Sequence record: SRR20825019_2740
Reading direction: 5' to 3' (one strand)
DNA length: 64,000 bases
In this document: piece after piece, positions 1 to 9,300 of the stretch
Layout: every line of letters starts with the position of its first letter
Position numbering within the stretch: position 1 is the first letter of the stretch
The notes under the pieces: generated by a model
Told to the model about the DNA's origin: nothing
Seen by the model: only the letters and a program-made list of their open reading frames with translations
Database searches by the model: none
Translations under genes and position numbers: made by a program

Positions 1-778
1 TTTGGCGGACCATCCCGACATTGCCCAAAAACTCATCGGCGAGGGCGAAAAGTGGCGACAGCAGTTGGGAGCAGGTCACCTGGAAATGCGGTTTTGCCAG
101 GATAATAAACTTGGCTTACCGCAACGCACGGACAAAGTCACCTTCTGGTTACCACTGCCGAGTAAGGCCAAAGACCTGTGGGACAGCTTCCAGCCCAAAC
201 TGCGTGCGCAAATCCGCCGGGGCGAGCGGGAAATGAACGGGTTCGCTATCGGTGGCGCCGACTTGCTGGACGAGTTCTATCGGGTTTTTGCCATCAACAT
301 GCGTGACCTCGGAACGCCCGTCTACGGTAAAGAGTTTTTCCGAAACTTGCTGGACACTCTAGGCGGGCAGGCGTGGCTGGTAGTTGCCCGTATTGACGGG
401 CAAGCGGTTGGCTGCGCTTTTTTGACCGGTTACAAGGGCCGCATGGAGATTCCCTGGGCGTCTACACTGCGCAAGTACAACCACACCAGCATCAATATGA
501 TCATGTACTGGAAAGCCCTGGAGTTCGCGGTACAGCAGGGTTTCGAGGTTTTTGACTTCGGCCGTTGCAGTCACGATGCCGGCACCTATCGTTTCAAGCA
601 ACAGTGGGGTGCCCAGCCTCTGACATTGCATTGGGACTACTTGCTGCCGGAGGGAGAGGCGCTACCCGCACTCAACCCGAACAACCCGAAGTTCAGGCTG
701 TTGATCGCCGTATGGCAGCGACTTCCGGTTTGGGTGACCACGCTGCTTGGCCCTCATATCGTCAAGGCCCTGCCGTAA
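1..778 (+). CDS. FemAB-like GNAT protein of the PEP-CTERM/XrtA system (5' end outside window)
   Basis: ORF open from the window edge; LRAQIRRG, NMRDLGTPVY, FDFGRC and YRFKQQWGA motifs typical of FemAB-related XrtA-associated proteins. Confidence 0.85.
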   Translation, partial: LADHPDIAQKLIGEGEKWRQQLGAGHLEMRFCQDNKLGLPQRTDKVTFWLPLPSKAKDLWDSFQPKLRAQIRRGEREMNGFAIGGADLLDEFYRVFAINMRDLGTPVYGKEFFRNLLDTLGGQAWLVVARIDGQAVGCAFLTGYKGRMEIPWASTLRKYNHTSINMIMYWKALEFAVQQGFEVFDFGRCSHDAGTYRFKQQWGAQPLTLHWDYLLPEGEALPALNPNNPKFRLLIAVWQRLPVWVTTLLGPHIVKALP

Positions 779-1755
779 TGAGCCTGTTCCAGACAAAGGC
801 GTGGCAAAGCGCCTGGTGGGACACCTGGGGGCACCAGAAAAGCTTCCGCCTTGTCCGGCCCTGGGACGGAGAAGTGTCCGGGCTGTATGAGTCCAGGTAC
901 AGGCTGAAAGGGGTACTGCCTATACGATCGCTCCAGTTCGTAGGCACTAGCTCCCGTGAGCTGAGAACCCCAAGAACGGAACATAACCGCTTTTTTACAG
1001 ACATGGGTGGCCAACCACTGATCCGTGGTTTGGAGCACCAACTGGAAAACAGCCACTGGAGCGAAGCGGTTTTCAGTGACTTGCGCACTGGCTCCGAAGA
1101 GCTATCTGCTCTGGTCACTCTTGCTGCCACCCAACGTTGGGCTTTTCGTATCATTGCGGCTGATGACGGATACGCCGTCAAGACTTCCGGCGACTTCGAA
1201 GATTACCTCGGAGCCCTGGGTGCCAACAGTCGTCTGAGACTCTATAACCGGCGGACCACATTTGAGTCGCTAGGGGAGGTGCGGCAAGAAAACCTGTGGC
1301 CAACCAGTCCGGAAGGCTTTTTCCAGGCGTTAAACCGCTTTCATCAAGCCAGGTGGAAAAAAGATTGTGTGACTGATAAAAGTCTGGCTTTCCACCGGGC
1401 TTTCCTCTCCCGGATAGAAGATGAGGGCGGTCGCCCTTTTTTATCGGCATTGTTGTGTGACAATACAGTGGTGTCCGTTCTATATAATGTCTGGTACAGG
1501 GGAGTGGTATACAACATACAGGCAGGATTTGAGGAGAACTTCCATAAAAAGCTATCTCTTGGCACTCTCCATCTCGGATATGCCATCGAGGACGCGTTCA
1601 AGCAATCAGATACTCACCGGTTTGATCTGCTAGCGGGAAAAGGCAAGAAAGAGGACTATAAAGCGCGACTGGCAACAGATACCTATCAGTTTGTATCCGT
1701 AATGCTTGTGAAAAGCGCGTTGTTCCGGGCCCTCTATTGGATGAGAGGATTGTAA
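778..1755 (+). CDS. GNAT-family acyltransferase (CelD/BcsL-like)
   Basis: ATG at 778 overlaps the upstream TAA (TAATG); LFQTxxWxxAWW N-terminus, SLGTLHL and FDLLAG-x4-DYK motifs. Confidence 0.8.
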   Translation: MSLFQTKAWQSAWWDTWGHQKSFRLVRPWDGEVSGLYESRYRLKGVLPIRSLQFVGTSSRELRTPRTEHNRFFTDMGGQPLIRGLEHQLENSHWSEAVFSDLRTGSEELSALVTLAATQRWAFRIIAADDGYAVKTSGDFEDYLGALGANSRLRLYNRRTTFESLGEVRQENLWPTSPEGFFQALNRFHQARWKKDCVTDKSLAFHRAFLSRIEDEGGRPFLSALLCDNTVVSVLYNVWYRGVVYNIQAGFEENFHKKLSLGTLHLGYAIEDAFKQSDTHRFDLLAGKGKKEDYKARLATDTYQFVSVMLVKSALFRALYWMRGL

Positions 1756-1773
1756 GGCCATGGCAGGGACTGT

Positions 1774-2880
1774 ATGAAGACCATTCTGCATCTTATTGAT
1801 ACAACGGGCCCTGGCGGCGCCGAAACCGTTTTCATTAATCTTCTCAAAGAACTACAGCACACAGAGTTCCGTAATGTGGTGGTGCTGCGGGGTGAAGGTT
1901 GGGTAGCAGACCAGGTCCGCAGCGTTGGTATTACCCCTAAGTTCATAGACTCCAAGGGCAGTTTTAACCTCGGATATATCAAAGTATTGAGGCAACTGGT
2001 GATCCAAGAGAGCGTGGACCTGATTCACGCTCACCTGCTGGGTTCAAACGTATATGGCGCCTTACTGGCACTTATCTGCCGCAAGCCCATGATCGCGACT
2101 TTTCATGGAGCCGTCGATGTGGCCGCTGGAGAGAGATTTCTGAAAGCCAAGTTTTCCATCATCGGGTGTGGGGCGTCTGCAATTGTCTGTGTCTCCAAGC
2201 GGTTGCAGGAAGAACTGGCGGCCCGCAGTTCCTTACCGGCGCGGAAGATCAACCTGATTTACAACGGTGTTGACCCGGATATGTTTTGCGAAGCGCCTGC
2301 ATCGGGCCTGAGAGGGGAGCTGGGGTTGCCGCCGGAAGCCACTGTTGTGGCCTCTATCGGTAATATTCGGCCCGCCAAAGGTTACGAACATCTGGTGGAT
2401 GCGGCCATCAAAATGGCCAAACTGGACCCCAGTGTTCACTTTGTCGTTGTGGGGCACCAGAGAGAGTCCCTGTTTAAACAGCTCGAGGCTCAAATCGCCC
2501 GGGCTGAAGAGCCTCCCAGAATCCACTGGCTCGGCTTCAGGTCGGATGTAGCAGGCATTTTACGGCAGGCAGATATTTTTCTGTTGCCCTCGGTCTCCGA
2601 GGGATTCTCAATATCCACCGTTGAAGCTATGATGGCTGGAGTGCCCATTATCGCGACACGAAGTGGCGGTCCGGAGGAAATACTCTCCGATGGCGAAACC
2701 GGGCTCCTGATACCCATCAAAGACCCGGACGCCATCGTTGGTGCGGTCGAGCGCCTGAAAGACCCGACGTTGCGTAGCAAGGTTATCGAAAAAGCCCGAC
2801 AAAACGCGCTCGAGCGATTCAGCCTTGGAAGTATGTTGGAGGCGTACCGCGGGTTGTATGAAAGGTTTATTCGGCGCTAA
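1774..2880 (+). CDS. Glycosyltransferase family 4 (GT-B)
   Basis: GGAET N-terminus, IYNGVD, KG, and EGFSISTVEAM (E-x7-E) motif. Confidence 0.92.
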   Translation: MKTILHLIDTTGPGGAETVFINLLKELQHTEFRNVVVLRGEGWVADQVRSVGITPKFIDSKGSFNLGYIKVLRQLVIQESVDLIHAHLLGSNVYGALLALICRKPMIATFHGAVDVAAGERFLKAKFSIIGCGASAIVCVSKRLQEELAARSSLPARKINLIYNGVDPDMFCEAPASGLRGELGLPPEATVVASIGNIRPAKGYEHLVDAAIKMAKLDPSVHFVVVGHQRESLFKQLEAQIARAEEPPRIHWLGFRSDVAGILRQADIFLLPSVSEGFSISTVEAMMAGVPIIATRSGGPEEILSDGETGLLIPIKDPDAIVGAVERLKDPTLRSKVIEKARQNALERFSLGSMLEAYRGLYERFIRR

Positions 2881-2932
2881 GGCGCCGGCCGAAGGACCGG
2901 AGTCGTGTGGATTTAACGCAGGAGGCGCAGGC

Positions 2933-3973
2933 TTGAAATCAGTTGTCTTGAACTTCGTAAACTTTGTTGGCGAGACCGGGCTGTATCGCCTGTTGTGCCC
3001 CGGGCGTATCCCGGTTTTTATGCTGCACCGTGTTACCGATGGCAACGACGATATACCTGGTGATATGACCGCGGACAAGCTTCGCAGCTACCTTCGTTAC
3101 CTTTCCAGGCGGGGGTACAAAGTGCTGTCCATGGAGCAACTATGGAAAGTTCTCGAGAAAGGCGAGCCAATTCCGTCAAAAACGGTCATGTTTACCATTG
3201 ATGATGGCTTCTTCGACCACCACGACGTGGCGGCGAGGGTTTTTGATGAGTTCGGCTTTCCCCTCAACTTCTTCGTGATCACTGGTTTGCTGGATAAGCA
3301 CCTGTGGCCGTGGGACGACCAGATCGCTTATGCACTGAATCGGACAGACCTGCGACAGGTTAGCCTCCAGCTCCCATCAGGTGGCGGGTGCTCCGTAGAT
3401 CTTTCGGTGAAGAGTATCAGGCAAACGGCTCGCGAGATTCGGAACGCGCTGAAAAAAGACAAACAGGCGCATATCTACCGCTGGCTGGATGAAGAACTCT
3501 ACCATAAACTCAAGGTTGAGTTTCCTGGCAATATTCCTCCGGAATACCGGCCAATGTCCTGGAACGATGCAAGATCGTTGCGTGAAAGAGGGCATGGAGT
3601 GTATCCGCACACCTGTTCGCACCGCATTCTCTCGGCGCTGTCGCCGGAGGAAAAGCACCGGGAAATCAACGAAGCCCGCAAAAGGGTTGAGCAGGAGCTG
3701 CAATATACGCCGGAAGTCTTTGCCTACCCGACTGGACGCCGTTCAGATTACGATTCGGCTGATATAGAAGAACTGAAACGGGCGGGATTCAAGATGGCGT
3801 TCAACACTGTTCCGGATTATGTCAGCCAGGGTTGTAGTCACTTTGAACTCCCACGATTTTCAGTGCCTGGGGCTGTCGCCGATTTTATTCAAATCGTAAA
3901 CCGGTTTGAGGCCATGAAAGAAAAACTGCCTAATCAGCCAACTTTCTCACGCAGCTTCCTGCCTACCCGTTGA
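2933..3973 (+). CDS. Polysaccharide deacetylase (CE4/NodB family)
   Basis: TIDDG, HTCSH and FAYPTG motifs; TTG start at 2933 chosen because GGAGG lies at 2921-2925 (alternative ATG at 2858). Confidence 0.88.
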   Translation: MKSVVLNFVNFVGETGLYRLLCPGRIPVFMLHRVTDGNDDIPGDMTADKLRSYLRYLSRRGYKVLSMEQLWKVLEKGEPIPSKTVMFTIDDGFFDHHDVAARVFDEFGFPLNFFVITGLLDKHLWPWDDQIAYALNRTDLRQVSLQLPSGGGCSVDLSVKSIRQTAREIRNALKKDKQAHIYRWLDEELYHKLKVEFPGNIPPEYRPMSWNDARSLRERGHGVYPHTCSHRILSALSPEEKHREINEARKRVEQELQYTPEVFAYPTGRRSDYDSADIEELKRAGFKMAFNTVPDYVSQGCSHFELPRFSVPGAVADFIQIVNRFEAMKEKLPNQPTFSRSFLPTR

Positions 3974-5109
3974 GCCATATCCCGGATGGAAGACCGGGCA
4001 TATCGAAAGGCGGGCTGAGGGTCTTTCCAGTAGAGCAATGCGCCGATACGCCGCCGGCGGAGTACCCTCAGGTAGCGAAAGAGTATCGACAACAGGTTCT
4101 CTCTGTTTTCAAGTCGTGCGATCAGGTCACCAAAAAAGTTCCAGTAAACCCAATTGTTCTTCTGGGGTGCCAATGCACTCTTCTGACCGTAGGCCGCGTG
4201 GGTGCACGCCAGGATATTGTTGACTCCGCAACGAGTATCAAACCAGTTACACATGCCGAGGCGGGGGTTGGTTTCAATATAGTAGTAAGTGTCTGAATTT
4301 TGGTCCTTCTTGAACTCGATCATCGCCGGGCCAGTGTAGTTCAGGGCCTTACCAATCTTTTCGCACTCTTCCCGGAGCTTCTGATTCTCCTGGCTGATCG
4401 CCATGGACGTCACGCCATAGTGTGAGGGCATGGTTCCCATGCGTTTGAACACAAAACAGGCACTGAGCTGCTGCTGGTGGTCAAACGTTACATTGCAGAC
4501 CCATAGATTATCGTCACCCCCTTGGACCACTTTCTGTCCGATGAATCGGTCAAGGTAGCCCTTGAAGCGTTGCCGGAAATCGTTCAGTTCAGCGGGGGAG
4601 TGCAGAATAACGTTTTTCGCGCCCAGCACACCGTATTCCCTGAAAGTTCGTGGCTTGATGATGATTGGGAAGGCATCCGGTTCGTCATCCGACAGCTGGC
4701 AATAGGTTTTTGGAAGGGTAATGCCGCCCTTTTCCATATACAGGCATTCCAGCTTCTTGTCGTTAAGGACGTTCGTGGTTTCAGTGCTAGGAACAACAAG
4801 ATGCTGTTTGGCATAACCTTCACATTTCAGTTGCCCGAGTAACTCCGCTGCCAAATCCGAGCATGCAAGCAAAACCCCTGGCCCGCCTTCATTGTCATGC
4901 AGCTGGTCGAGAACAGGCCGAAGATCGTCAGCGGTGGGATTGGGCGGCAACAGGAAGCGATACTGGCCAAACCGGCTGTAGGTACACAGGTCCGAGTGAT
5001 TAGTGAGGAGCGTATAGGTCTTCAGGCCCGCGTGAGCGGCTGAGCGCACAGCACCGAGGCCGTTAAGTCCGTTAGCAAGGATAATAACGTAGGGTTTCTT
5101 GTCAGGCAT
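3934..5109 (-). CDS. ATP-grasp carboxylate-amine ligase (D-aspartate-ligase-like)
   Basis: NGLGAVRS, PIIIKP, IEFK-x8-IETNPR ATP-grasp motifs; ATG at 5109 lies just after the upstream gene's stop. Confidence 0.82.
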   Translation of the reverse strand: MPDKKPYVIILANGLNGLGAVRSAAHAGLKTYTLLTNHSDLCTYSRFGQYRFLLPPNPTADDLRPVLDQLHDNEGGPGVLLACSDLAAELLGQLKCEGYAKQHLVVPSTETTNVLNDKKLECLYMEKGGITLPKTYCQLSDDEPDAFPIIIKPRTFREYGVLGAKNVILHSPAELNDFRQRFKGYLDRFIGQKVVQGGDDNLWVCNVTFDHQQQLSACFVFKRMGTMPSHYGVTSMAISQENQKLREECEKIGKALNYTGPAMIEFKKDQNSDTYYYIETNPRLGMCNWFDTRCGVNNILACTHAAYGQKSALAPQKNNWVYWNFFGDLIARLENRENLLSILFRYLRVLRRRRIGALLYWKDPQPAFRYARSSIRDMAQRVGRKLREKVG

Positions 5110-5111
5110 TG

Positions 5112-6287
5112 TCAGTTCTTTAGTGCGCGTAGGTAATGTTTCAGCTCGAACCAGAACGGACGAAGATCTTTCCACCGATTGACTTCATGGCGGGTTCGCA
5201 GGTTCGGCATAACAAAATTGAAGATTTCCCGCAATTTCCAGCTAAGTGAGTAACGGCTCAAAGGTGCCTTTAAAACGAGGTAAAGCCTATCCAGATCACC
5301 CAGCAACCAGCGTACACGTCGATACTCCCATACCGGCTGGGGTACGGCTTGACCGGTACTCACAAGGTATAGCAACCATGGGAAGTCAATACCGGAGTCG
5401 ATTGCCAGCTGTAAAGACCCCCAGAATCTGGGGTTAACTTCCATAAGGTACCCGGTACCGTCCTCAGCCACCCGGAACTCCACCATGGCTACGCCATGCC
5501 ATTTTGCGGAACGAAGTAACGTTTCTGCGGATACACGAAGTTGCTCATTAATGGGAGCGGACTCGCATAGTACGCTTACGCCGCCACCGGGAGGTTTCTC
5601 CCTAAGCCGGCGATGGGCGAAATAGCACACCGGATCACCATGATCAAACAACGCAAAAACGCCCTGGCCAGTACCGTTGATAAAGGATTGAATCGAGAAG
5701 GGAAAGCGAAAAAATCCATTGGAGGTGATAGCCGTTCGCGCCTCCTGCCTGGTATTGGCAACAATAACCTGAGTGGACTCGATGCCCCCTTCAGTCAACA
5801 CTTTGGACTTGTAAGGTTTTAAAACGACCGGAAAGCGCTCCAAGTCGTTGAGTGCCCTCAAGCCTTCCTCGGCATCATTGCAAAAGACGGTATCCGGAAC
5901 GGGGATATTTTTCTCCTGGGCCAACTGAAACAGATCGTTCTTATTTGCCAGTTGTTCCACTGCCTCCGTGGTGGAGAAGGGGAGTACAATATGATCTGGC
6001 AGCTCATCACGGTACCGCAGCAGGACGTACGTTGTGGCCTCTGTGATTGGCAACAAAAATGAAATGCCGAGCGATTCGACTTGATGCAAAATATCGTCGA
6101 AAAAAAGGCGAGGCGACAGGAAGGGATTTGAATAGGTCACCCGCTGGTGGCAGTAACGGGAACAACCAGCGAGCGACTCCGGTGCCGCTTCACCCACGGC
6201 GACCCAGAGCCCCCTCGACCCCAGAGAACGCACAGCGGCCAGGGAGGCACGCTGATTTCCGTCAAGTACGAGTATTCTGGGTTCCAT
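5112..6287 (-). CDS. ATP-grasp domain protein (carboxylate-amine ligase family)
   Basis: LAAVRSLG, PVVLKP, HRRLRE-x-P-x2-GG, VEFR and MEVNPRFWGS motifs. Confidence 0.88.
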   Translation of the reverse strand: MEPRILVLDGNQRASLAAVRSLGSRGLWVAVGEAAPESLAGCSRYCHQRVTYSNPFLSPRLFFDDILHQVESLGISFLLPITEATTYVLLRYRDELPDHIVLPFSTTEAVEQLANKNDLFQLAQEKNIPVPDTVFCNDAEEGLRALNDLERFPVVLKPYKSKVLTEGGIESTQVIVANTRQEARTAITSNGFFRFPFSIQSFINGTGQGVFALFDHGDPVCYFAHRRLREKPPGGGVSVLCESAPINEQLRVSAETLLRSAKWHGVAMVEFRVAEDGTGYLMEVNPRFWGSLQLAIDSGIDFPWLLYLVSTGQAVPQPVWEYRRVRWLLGDLDRLYLVLKAPLSRYSLSWKLREIFNFVMPNLRTRHEVNRWKDLRPFWFELKHYLRALKN

Positions 6288-6487
6288 GGGTATAAACGTC
6301 CTTTGTTTGTACCAACAGTAAAAGTCGGAGCCCGATTATCCGGTATGTGGCTCACAAATTCTATCGTGCGGAGCGATCTATGCCATCAAAAAGCATCAAT
6401 GTTTCCCGATGGTAACGTAACTTGTGGCATGATACCCAGAGCTAGGAAACACTGGGTTTTTCTGGACCAGAACAGGGAGATTGCACG

Positions 6488-7024
6488 TTGAACCGGTTGG
6501 TCTATGAGCGGTTTGGCTCAAAAAAAGGACTTTTACGATTCTGCTATCACTGGGCCCTTGCCAGGCTTGGTGCGTACAGTGCTTTCTCGCGTGTCGACTC
6601 TGTAAATTGCCGGAGATTGGTATTTGTATGCAGCGGCAACATCTGTCGTAGCCCTCTCGCAGAAGCGTACGCGCGGAGCCTTGGCCGGGAGGCCGCTTCC
6701 TGTGGTTTGAATTGTGGCGATGGTTTTCCGGCTGATCCGCGAGCCCGGGAGTTTGCAGCAAGCCACGGTTTGTCGTTGGATAGCCACAAGACTGTAAATG
6801 TAAAGGACTTCAAATTCCATAGTGACGACCTTATCGTGGTTATGGAGCCAGCCCAGATTAACGAATTCCAGAAGAAGATTGGTGCGGACTACACATTAGC
6901 CCTTGCCGGAACATACTGCGGAATTCCCGTCCCCTATATCCATGATCCGTTCAACTGTAGCGATGAGTTCTTTGCATACTGCGAGAAGAGTGTAATGGAG
7001 TCCGTCAGGGGGATATGTGCTTAA
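6488..7024 (+). CDS. Low-molecular-weight protein tyrosine phosphatase family protein
   Basis: P-loop VCSGNICRSP and downstream IHDPF; TTG start, uncertain. Confidence 0.85.
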   Translation: MNRLVYERFGSKKGLLRFCYHWALARLGAYSAFSRVDSVNCRRLVFVCSGNICRSPLAEAYARSLGREAASCGLNCGDGFPADPRAREFAASHGLSLDSHKTVNVKDFKFHSDDLIVVMEPAQINEFQKKIGADYTLALAGTYCGIPVPYIHDPFNCSDEFFAYCEKSVMESVRGICA

Positions 7025-8327
7025 AAAGCGCAAAGAAATAACGAATGAAGATTTCTACGCCCTTAAAATAGGTCCGATGTGGCGCTACTTTAAGGGAGAA
7101 AGTTTTGCATTTTGGATGGTTTGTGCATATCTTTTTTTTGAGTATGTTCGCCCACAAACAATCTATCCAGCTATCGATTTTCTACCGTGGACACAGCTAG
7201 TAGTGATCGGAGCCATACTAGGATGCTTTACAGACAAAACGGTACGCTGGGTATCATCGCCGATAAACTCTCTGCTTATTATATTTTTCTTTGTTATTTT
7301 ATTGTCGAGTTATCTTGCTTATTTTCCCAGCGTTTCCTTTTCCAGTCTTGACAAGTATTATTTATGGGTAGTCATATACTTCATAATTATAAATGTAGTT
7401 AATACGCCTCGTCGCTTTTTTATATTCATATGTATATTTCTTTTAGCGTCCTTCAAGCTGTCTCTATCTCTTTCAATTGTCTGGGCTGGACGTGGCTTCT
7501 CTTTCACTGATTGGGGATTAATGGGGCCAAAGGGATTTTTTCAGAACTCCGGTGAGCTTGCTATTCAGATGCTTGTTTTCTGGCCTATAGCCTGGGCTTT
7601 CACCCATGCTCTGAAGCCTTATATATCAAGAAAATTGTACCTGGTACTGCTGTTGATGCCCGTAACGGCTATTATGGTTATTCTTGGCGCGAGCTCGCGA
7701 GGTGCGCAGCTCGCATTGGTCTGCCAGTTGCTTGTTATGAATTACAGATTCGTTTTTCGGCCTCGGGTTCTGGTGTCGATTCTGATCTCAATGGTACTGA
7801 TATGGAATTTTTTGCCCGAAGAGCAAATACAGAGATTTGAGACAATGGGTGAGGACGGCACGTCCAGACAGCGGCTGCTCTACTGGGAAAACGGTATCGA
7901 GATGATTCAAGATAATCCGGTTCTGGGGGTCGGTTATTTCAACTTTGCATCTTATTTCGAGAAATATTATCCGGGTGATGTTCTGCTAGGAAGGGCTGAG
8001 CTACCTCATAATATATTTATTCAAATAGGTACTGACACTGGCCTATTAGGACTCTCTTTTTTCCTCGGTTTATTGTTGGTTGCTTATCGACTGGGCAAGC
8101 GGTTTCGAACAAATCTTTGTGCTAGGGAAGACGGGGTGATAGGGCGATGCGCAAATATTTCATTGCTCGGATTTATAGTTGCTGGTCAATTTGTCACTGT
8201 GGCCTATTATCCGTTTTTGTGGATTCACTTAGCTTTGATCGTATCGTTGTCGAATAGTTTTAGCAGTAACCAGAAGTCGCCTATTAAGGCTGGCGAAATG
8301 AAAGCCTATAATGAGTCACCGTATTGA
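7017..8327 (+). CDS. O-antigen ligase / Wzy-like polytopic membrane protein
   Basis: About 10-12 hydrophobic segments; SSRGA, R-x2-YW-x2-G-x2-M-x4-P-x2-GVG and HNIFIQ motifs of the Wzy_C/O-antigen ligase family. Confidence 0.85.
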   Translation: MLKKRKEITNEDFYALKIGPMWRYFKGESFAFWMVCAYLFFEYVRPQTIYPAIDFLPWTQLVVIGAILGCFTDKTVRWVSSPINSLLIIFFFVILLSSYLAYFPSVSFSSLDKYYLWVVIYFIIINVVNTPRRFFIFICIFLLASFKLSLSLSIVWAGRGFSFTDWGLMGPKGFFQNSGELAIQMLVFWPIAWAFTHALKPYISRKLYLVLLLMPVTAIMVILGASSRGAQLALVCQLLVMNYRFVFRPRVLVSILISMVLIWNFLPEEQIQRFETMGEDGTSRQRLLYWENGIEMIQDNPVLGVGYFNFASYFEKYYPGDVLLGRAELPHNIFIQIGTDTGLLGLSFFLGLLLVAYRLGKRFRTNLCAREDGVIGRCANISLLGFIVAGQFVTVAYYPFLWIHLALIVSLSNSFSSNQKSPIKAGEMKAYNESPY

Positions 8328-9300
8328 AGGAGGTTGGCATAAATTGGATCATTACTGTGAGTCATATGATTTTGAATTATCGTTTATTATTCCTTGCTAC
8401 AATGGTGAAAGTTTTATTGAAGTCGTTATAGATTCAATAAAAGAAAGTCTTAAAAGATGTTGCGATACTTATGAAATAATATTGGTCGATAATGGCTCTA
8501 TCGACAAAAGCGCAATAATTGCGGAGAGGTGTGGGGCTCTAGTTGTTGAAAGCAGCTCTAAAACTGTTTCTGGTGTCAGAAACGACGGTGTAAAGGTTTC
8601 CCGCGGAAGGCTTATTGCTTTTATTGATGCAGACGTAGAGATAGATTGCACTTGGTACGATGTGCTTTTATCTAAATTTAAAGCGATCTCCGACTCTAAG
8701 TTAATTACAGGATCCCACTGTGTTGTACCAGAAAATATAAGACAACCCTTCTTTACCTGGTACAAGTCAATTGAAGATGATGACCGTAATACTCATCTCG
8801 GATCGGGTCACTTGATTATATCTCGTAGCCTCTTTGATGAAATTGGGGGATTTGATGATTCGTTGAAATCCGGTGAAGATTATGACCTGTGTCAGAGAGC
8901 CCTGCAGGTAGGTGCATCGGTGCAGGCTGACAGCGAACTAGTAGCAAGACATTTAGGGTATCCCGATACAGTTTGGGAGTTTATTGTCCGCGAATGTTGG
9001 CATGGCGCCTCAGACTTCTCGAGCTTCTATTATTTCGTTCGATCAAAGGTTGCTATGCTAGCTGCAATTTTTGCTCTGATACAAATTGGTATCCTGATTG
9101 GGGTGTTAACGGGCTCTGTTACTGTTGTCCAGATTTTTGTGTTTCTTACGTGGCTGATCTTGGCAATGTTTGTATATGCGAAGTTCAGATTTAAAAATAT
9201 AAAAGTCTTTTCCTGCAATATTATGGTTGCATACATTTATTTATTTGGAAGAATCTGTTCAGTTATATATCCAATATTGGAAAGGAATAGAAATGAATAA
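8311..9300 (+). CDS. Glycosyltransferase family 2 with C-terminal TM helices
   Basis: SFIIPCYN, VDNGS, FIDAD (DxD) and GGFD-x5-GEDYDL motifs. Confidence 0.9.
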   Translation: MSHRIEGGWHKLDHYCESYDFELSFIIPCYNGESFIEVVIDSIKESLKRCCDTYEIILVDNGSIDKSAIIAERCGALVVESSSKTVSGVRNDGVKVSRGRLIAFIDADVEIDCTWYDVLLSKFKAISDSKLITGSHCVVPENIRQPFFTWYKSIEDDDRNTHLGSGHLIISRSLFDEIGGFDDSLKSGEDYDLCQRALQVGASVQADSELVARHLGYPDTVWEFIVRECWHGASDFSSFYYFVRSKVAMLAAIFALIQIGILIGVLTGSVTVVQIFVFLTWLILAMFVYAKFRFKNIKVFSCNIMVAYIYLFGRICSVIYPILERNRNE

